DNA of 32,000 nt from Acidihalobacter sp. (lineage in GTDB: Bacteria > Pseudomonadota > Gammaproteobacteria > DSM-5130 > Acidihalobacteraceae), in assembly GCF_037381185.1 (NCBI RefSeq), contig NZ_JARRQY010000017.1:18063-50062 (forward strand). The letters are read 5' to 3'. Positions 28,438 through 32,000 of the stretch are shown piece after piece; the stretch's first letter is position 1; each line of letters starts with the position of its first letter. The notes below the pieces were generated by a model. That model saw only the letters and a list, made by a program, of their open reading frames with translations. It had not been told where the DNA came from and ran no database searches. Position numbers and translations under genes: made by a program.

Positions 28438-29129
28438 GTCCGGGCCCGTTGCATGCCGCGGTTGGCGTTACGTTCCAGCCAGGCGATGCCGGCGGTGGTG
28501 ACGACCGTGAGCAGCAGGTAGATCAGCGCGGCGCTGGCGTAGAAGGTGAACGGTGCCTTGGTCTGGCTGACGGCGATGGCGGTGTCGCGCATCAGGTCGT
28601 TGGCCCCGACCACGGAGATCAGCGCGGTGTCCTTGAGCAGGGCGAGGAACAGGTTGCCCAGCGGCGGCAGGGCGAGGCGCCAGGTCTGCGGCAGCACGAT
28701 GCGGCGAAACACCAGCAAGCGGTGCATGCCCATGGCCTGGGCCGCTTCGATCTGGCCGTGGGGGATGGCGTCGATGGCGCCGCGCACCACTTCCGAGGCG
28801 TAGGCGCCGTACATAAAGCCCAGCGCCACGGTGCCGGCCAGGAACGGGCTGAGTTCGATGTAGCCGGTATAGCCGAACAGGCCGGCGATCTTCATCAGCA
28901 CGATGGACGCGCCGAAGTAGACCAGCAGAATGGCGAGCAGTTCCGGGATGCCGCGCACGATGGTGGTGTAGCCGGCGGCGAGCCAGCGCGCCGGCAGGAA
29001 GTGCGAGCGGGTCGCGGTAGCGCCGATCAGGCCCAGTACGACGGCGACCGCCATCGAGGCGAGCGACAGTTCGACGGTGACGAGCGTGCCTGCGAGCAGA
29101 AGGTTGCCGAAGCCCTGGAGGTCGATCAT
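28434..29129 (-). CDS. hisQ: Polar amino-acid ABC transporter permease
   Basis: 231 aa. It has the EAA loop (GQIEAAQAMGMHRLLVFRRIVLPQT) and a HisQ/ArtQ-like topology. Confidence 0.88.
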   Translation of the reverse strand: MIDLQGFGNLLLAGTLVTVELSLASMAVAVVLGLIGATATRSHFLPARWLAAGYTTIVRGIPELLAILLVYFGASIVLMKIAGLFGYTGYIELSPFLAGTVALGFMYGAYASEVVRGAIDAIPHGQIEAAQAMGMHRLLVFRRIVLPQTWRLALPPLGNLFLALLKDTALISVVGANDLMRDTAIAVSQTKAPFTFYASAALIYLLLTVVTTAGIAWLERNANRGMQRART

Positions 29130-29152
29130 GTCGATGAGTATTGCGCGTCGAT

Positions 29153-29181
29153 GACCGGGGCACGCGGCGCGCGCCCCGGTC
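29153..29181 (-). other. Intercistronic GC-rich stem-loop downstream of the binding-protein gene
   Basis: A perfect 9-bp stem pairs GACCGGGGC (29153-29161) with GCCCCGGTC (29173-29181) around an 11-nt loop. It lies in the 58-nt gap between the SBP gene and hisQ. There is no U-tract on the transcribed strand. Confidence 0.5.
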
Positions 29182-29187
29182 GGCGCA

Positions 29188-29940
29188 TCAGTAGATGTTG
29201 AACGGGAAGTATTTGGCGTTGATCTTCTTGTAGGTGCCGTCGGCGATGATGGCCGCCAGCGCCTTGTTCAGCTTCTCGCGCAGCGCGTTGTCGCCCTTGC
29301 GTACGGCGATGCCGATCTTGTCGCCGCTATAGACGGGTTTGCCCATGAATTCGTAGGGCTGACCGTCCTTGGACTTGAGCCAGTTATAGGTCACGTACTT
29401 GTCGGCCAGGATGGCGTTGAGGCGGCCGTTGGCCAGATCCAGGTAGGCGTTCTCCTGGGTGTCGTAGAGCTTGATCTTGACCACGCCCTTCATGTGCTGG
29501 TCGAGCCACTGCGCGGCGATGGTCGCGCGCTGGGCGCCAACGGTCATGCCCTTCATCGCGGCCTTGGTCGGCTCGAAGGGATGCGCCTTGGGACCGACGA
29601 ACTGCAGCTTGTTCGAGTAGTAGGGGTTGGTGAAGGACACGGCCTTCTCACGCTCGGGCGTGATGGACATGCTGGCGACGATGGTGTCGAACTTGTGTGC
29701 CAGCAGGGCTGGAATGATGCCGTCCCAGGCCTGGGTGACCCACACGCACTTGACCTTCATCTGCTTGCACAGGGCGTTGCCGATGTCGATATCGAAGCCG
29801 CCGACGCTGCCGTCCTTGTTGATGTAGTTGAACGGAGGGTAGGCGCCTTCGGTACCCATGCGGATGACCTGTTCGGCGTTGGCCGCGCCGGCAAAACTCA
29901 GCCCGAGCAGTGCGGCGGAGATCAGCTTGTAGATTTTCAT
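29188..29940 (-). CDS. hisJ: Periplasmic lysine/arginine/ornithine/histidine-binding protein (ABC substrate-binding)
   Basis: 250 aa with a signal peptide (...SFAGAANA/EQ). RMGTEGAYPPFNY, GFDIDIGNALC and SMSITPEREK are typical of the HisJ/ArgT/ArtJ family. Confidence 0.9.
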   Translation of the reverse strand: MKIYKLISAALLGLSFAGAANAEQVIRMGTEGAYPPFNYINKDGSVGGFDIDIGNALCKQMKVKCVWVTQAWDGIIPALLAHKFDTIVASMSITPEREKAVSFTNPYYSNKLQFVGPKAHPFEPTKAAMKGMTVGAQRATIAAQWLDQHMKGVVKIKLYDTQENAYLDLANGRLNAILADKYVTYNWLKSKDGQPYEFMGKPVYSGDKIGIAVRKGDNALREKLNKALAAIIADGTYKKINAKYFPFNIY

Positions 29941-29969
29941 TGTGTGTAACCCCTTAGGTTGCCGGCGAT

Positions 29970-30743
29970 CTATTGAGTGCTCGCCAGGAACTGCCGGCAG
30001 CGTTCCGAACGAGGATTGTCGAACACCTCAGCGGGCGTGCCCTGCTCCTCGATGCGCCCTTGGTGCAGGAACACGACCTGCGAGGAGACGTCGCGTGCGA
30101 AGCGCATCTCGTGGGTGACGATGAGCATGGTGCGCCCTTCCTCGGCCAGTTGGCGGATGACGCTCAGCACTTCGCCGACCAGCTCGGGATCGAGTGCGGA
30201 GGTGGGCTCGTCGAACAGGATTACCTTGGGCTGCATGGCCAGCGCACGGGCGATGGCCGCGCGCTGCTGCTGGCCACCGGACAGGCTCACCGGATAGGCG
30301 TCGCGCTTGTCGTAGAGCCCGACCTTCTGCAGTAGCGCCTCGGCCTGCTCGACGGCCTCGGCCTTGTTCTGTTTCCTGACCTGCGTGGGCGCCTCGATGA
30401 CGTTCTGCAGGATGCTCATGTGCGGCCACAGGTTGAAGCCCTGGAACACGAAGCCGAGCTGGGCGCGGAAACGGTCGAGCTGGCGGCTGTCGGCGGCGTT
30501 GAGCACGCCGTCGCGCTGGCGGGCGAGCTTGAGTTCCTCGCCGTCGAGCACGATGCGGCCCTCGTTCGGGCGTTCCAGCAGATTGACGCAGCGCAGCAGC
30601 GTGCTCTTGCCCGAGCCGCTGGAGCCGATGATCGAAATGGCGTCGCCGGCGTGCGCGGTGAGATCGATGCCCTTGAGGACTTCGAGGCCGGCGTAGCGCT
30701 TGTGGATGTTCTCGAGCTGTAGGACAGGAACTTGTCTGTTCAC
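29970..30743 (-). CDS. hisP: Polar amino-acid ABC transporter ATP-binding protein
   Basis: 257 aa, collinear with E. coli/Salmonella HisP (HKRYxGxEVLKG, GSSGSGKSTxLRC, LSGGQQQR, LFDEPTSALDPELVGEVL, THEMxFAR). GTG 30743 is the only in-frame start and has no obvious SD. Confidence 0.95.
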   Translation of the reverse strand: MNRQVPVLQLENIHKRYAGLEVLKGIDLTAHAGDAISIIGSSGSGKSTLLRCVNLLERPNEGRIVLDGEELKLARQRDGVLNAADSRQLDRFRAQLGFVFQGFNLWPHMSILQNVIEAPTQVRKQNKAEAVEQAEALLQKVGLYDKRDAYPVSLSGGQQQRAAIARALAMQPKVILFDEPTSALDPELVGEVLSVIRQLAEEGRTMLIVTHEMRFARDVSSQVVFLHQGRIEEQGTPAEVFDNPRSERCRQFLASTQ

Positions 30744-30984
30744 GCGTTCATGTTGCTTTATCGCTTGGACGCCGCCGCGGTGTCGCGGCAGCCCGGCGTC
30801 CGTTTGTAGTCGACGCAGTGGTCATGGACAGGGCGGGCAGTCTTGCCACTCGCCGCCACCATGTCAAGTTTCCGTAACGTTGGCCGGAACGCCATGCTTG
30901 CCCCTCGATGACGCGGTCTGCCGTTGTTTTGCCCGAATACCGTGCCGTGCGGCGCCGGTTTCGGGGTTTATGTCTGCCCGACGG

Positions 30985-31797
30985 CTAATCCGGGCAAAGA
31001 TCGGGCCAGTTGCGTTCGGCATCGCCGAAGGCCAGGAAGTGCGGGTTGAGCAACGACTCCTTGGTGTTGTAGCGCAGGCGCCGCCCCTGAGTGTCGGTCA
31101 GTTGGCCGCCCGCCTCCTCGAGCACGCACTGCGCCGCGGCGGTGTCCCACTCGGAAGTCAGGCCGAGGCGTGGATACAGGTCGGCGCGTCCCTCGGCGAC
31201 CAGGCAAGTCTTGAGCGCACTGCCCATACTGATGAACTCGTATTCGCCGATGCGCTCGAGCAGTTCCTTGAGGTTGGGGCTGGCATGCGAGCGAGAGCCG
31301 GCGATGACCGGCGGCACGGCGGCAGGGCGGACGTGGATGTCGGTGCTGCCGTTGGCATCGTGGCGGCGCGCACCGAGCCGGTGCGCGGCTTCGTAGGTGG
31401 TGTTCAGCGCGGGAGCGTAGACCACGCCGAGCAGCGTGTCGTGCTCGTGTACCAACGCGATGTTGACGCTGAATTCGCCGTTGCGCTTGATGAACTCGCG
31501 GGTGCCGTCGAGCGGATCGATGAGCCAGTAGGTCTGCCAGGAGGCGCGTTCCTCGAACGGCACCGATTCGGATTCTTCGGACAGCACCGGGTAGAGCGGT
31601 TCCAGCGTCTGTAGCCGCTCGACGATGAGCCGGTGTGCGGCGTAGTCGGCATCTGTGACGGGGGTCTTGTCGTCCTTGTGGGTGATGCCCAGGTCGACGT
31701 TTTCGTAGACCTCCATGGTCGCCCGCCCGGCGGCTTCGGCGATATCGATGACGGCGGGAAGAAGGCTGCGGAGTTGTTCGTGGGTTGGGGCGGTCAT
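30985..31797 (-). CDS. cysQ: 3'(2'),5'-bisphosphate nucleotidase
   Basis: 270 aa. It has the inositol monophosphatase-family motifs (VTDADYAAH; WLIDPLDGTREF; WDTAAA). The ATG overlaps the nudE stop (ATGA). Confidence 0.93.
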   Translation of the reverse strand: MTAPTHEQLRSLLPAVIDIAEAAGRATMEVYENVDLGITHKDDKTPVTDADYAAHRLIVERLQTLEPLYPVLSEESESVPFEERASWQTYWLIDPLDGTREFIKRNGEFSVNIALVHEHDTLLGVVYAPALNTTYEAAHRLGARRHDANGSTDIHVRPAAVPPVIAGSRSHASPNLKELLERIGEYEFISMGSALKTCLVAEGRADLYPRLGLTSEWDTAAAQCVLEEAGGQLTDTQGRRLRYNTKESLLNPHFLAFGDAERNWPDLCPD

Positions 31798-32000
31798 AGC
31801 TGTCCGTTGCGGATGCGGTCGCGGGTGAGATATAGCGCGGCGAGTGAGCGGGCTTCGCTGAAGTCGTCGCGTTCGATAAGTGATTCGATGTCTTCAAGCC
31901 GCCAGGGCACGACCTCGATTTCTTCGGGTTCGTCGCCGGGCAGACGCCGGGGATAGAGGTCGCGGGCGAGCACGATGTGCGTGCGGTGGCTCATGTAGCC
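31794..32000 (-). CDS. nudE: ADP compounds hydrolase NudE (Nudix), C-terminal part only; the gene continues past the window
   Basis: The frame is open to nt 32000. IVLARDLYPRRLPGDEPEEIEVVPWRLEDIESLIERDDFSEARSLAALYL aligns with the E. coli NudE C-terminus (IVVAQDLYPESLEGDEPEPL...DPDFNEARNVSALFL). nudE-cysQ adjacency matches Pseudomonas. Confidence 0.88.
   Translation of the reverse strand, partial: GYMSHRTHIVLARDLYPRRLPGDEPEEIEVVPWRLEDIESLIERDDFSEARSLAALYLTRDRIRNGQL

Noticed and set aside
30781-30786. TGTCGC, the half-site core of the Pseudomonas ArgR operator, upstream of the basic-amino-acid ABC operon
   Set aside because: There is only a single hexamer. The required N8-AA spacing and the tandem second half-site are absent.
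30700-31614. 304-aa plus-strand ORF antisense to cysQ, and the 309-aa minus-strand alternative frame 30968-31897
   Set aside because: CysQ motifs (WLIDPLDGT, WDTAAA) identify the true frame. The others are Arg/Pro/Ala-rich shadow frames.

Overview
High-GC (about 65%) chromosomal core region with gammaproteobacterial synteny. It is densely coded, and nearly every base is explained by about 36 intact housekeeping genes.

Gene order:
- mrcA (5'-truncated), then a hypothetical protein
- hemE and gltD (minus strand)
- yqeY and rpsU (minus strand), divergent from tsaD
- plsY, then a bioC-like methyltransferase
- a complete cbb3 oxidase locus, ccoNOQP-ccoG-fixH-ccoI-ccoS
- rpoH, ftsX, ftsE, ftsY (minus strand), divergent from rsmD
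- rmuC
- a small accessory-looking block: AraC regulator, peroxiredoxin-like protein, SDR, GNAT, 69-aa membrane protein
- a hisP-J-Q-M type polar amino-acid ABC operon
- cysQ and nudE (3' part only)

Many cistron junctions are ATGA overlaps: ftsY/E, ftsE/X, ccoQ/P, ccoI/S, hisQ/M and nudE/cysQ.

I found no rRNA or tRNA genes, CRISPR arrays, transposases, integrases, prophage genes or recognisable defence genes. I do not see a convincing novel multi-gene system.

The best leads are small-scale:
1. An unannotated 30-codon single-TM ORF translationally coupled to ccoS.
2. A thrice-repeated 8-10 nt element in the rpoH leader and start region that allows mutually exclusive helices.
3. A synteny breakpoint joining rpsU-yqeY to an orphan gltD-hemE pair.
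4. A FixH protein with three extra N-terminal TM helices.
5. A hypothetical protein that looks like a nucleotidyltransferase with its catalytic acidic residues replaced.

All functional calls rest on motif recognition by eye. No database search was run.
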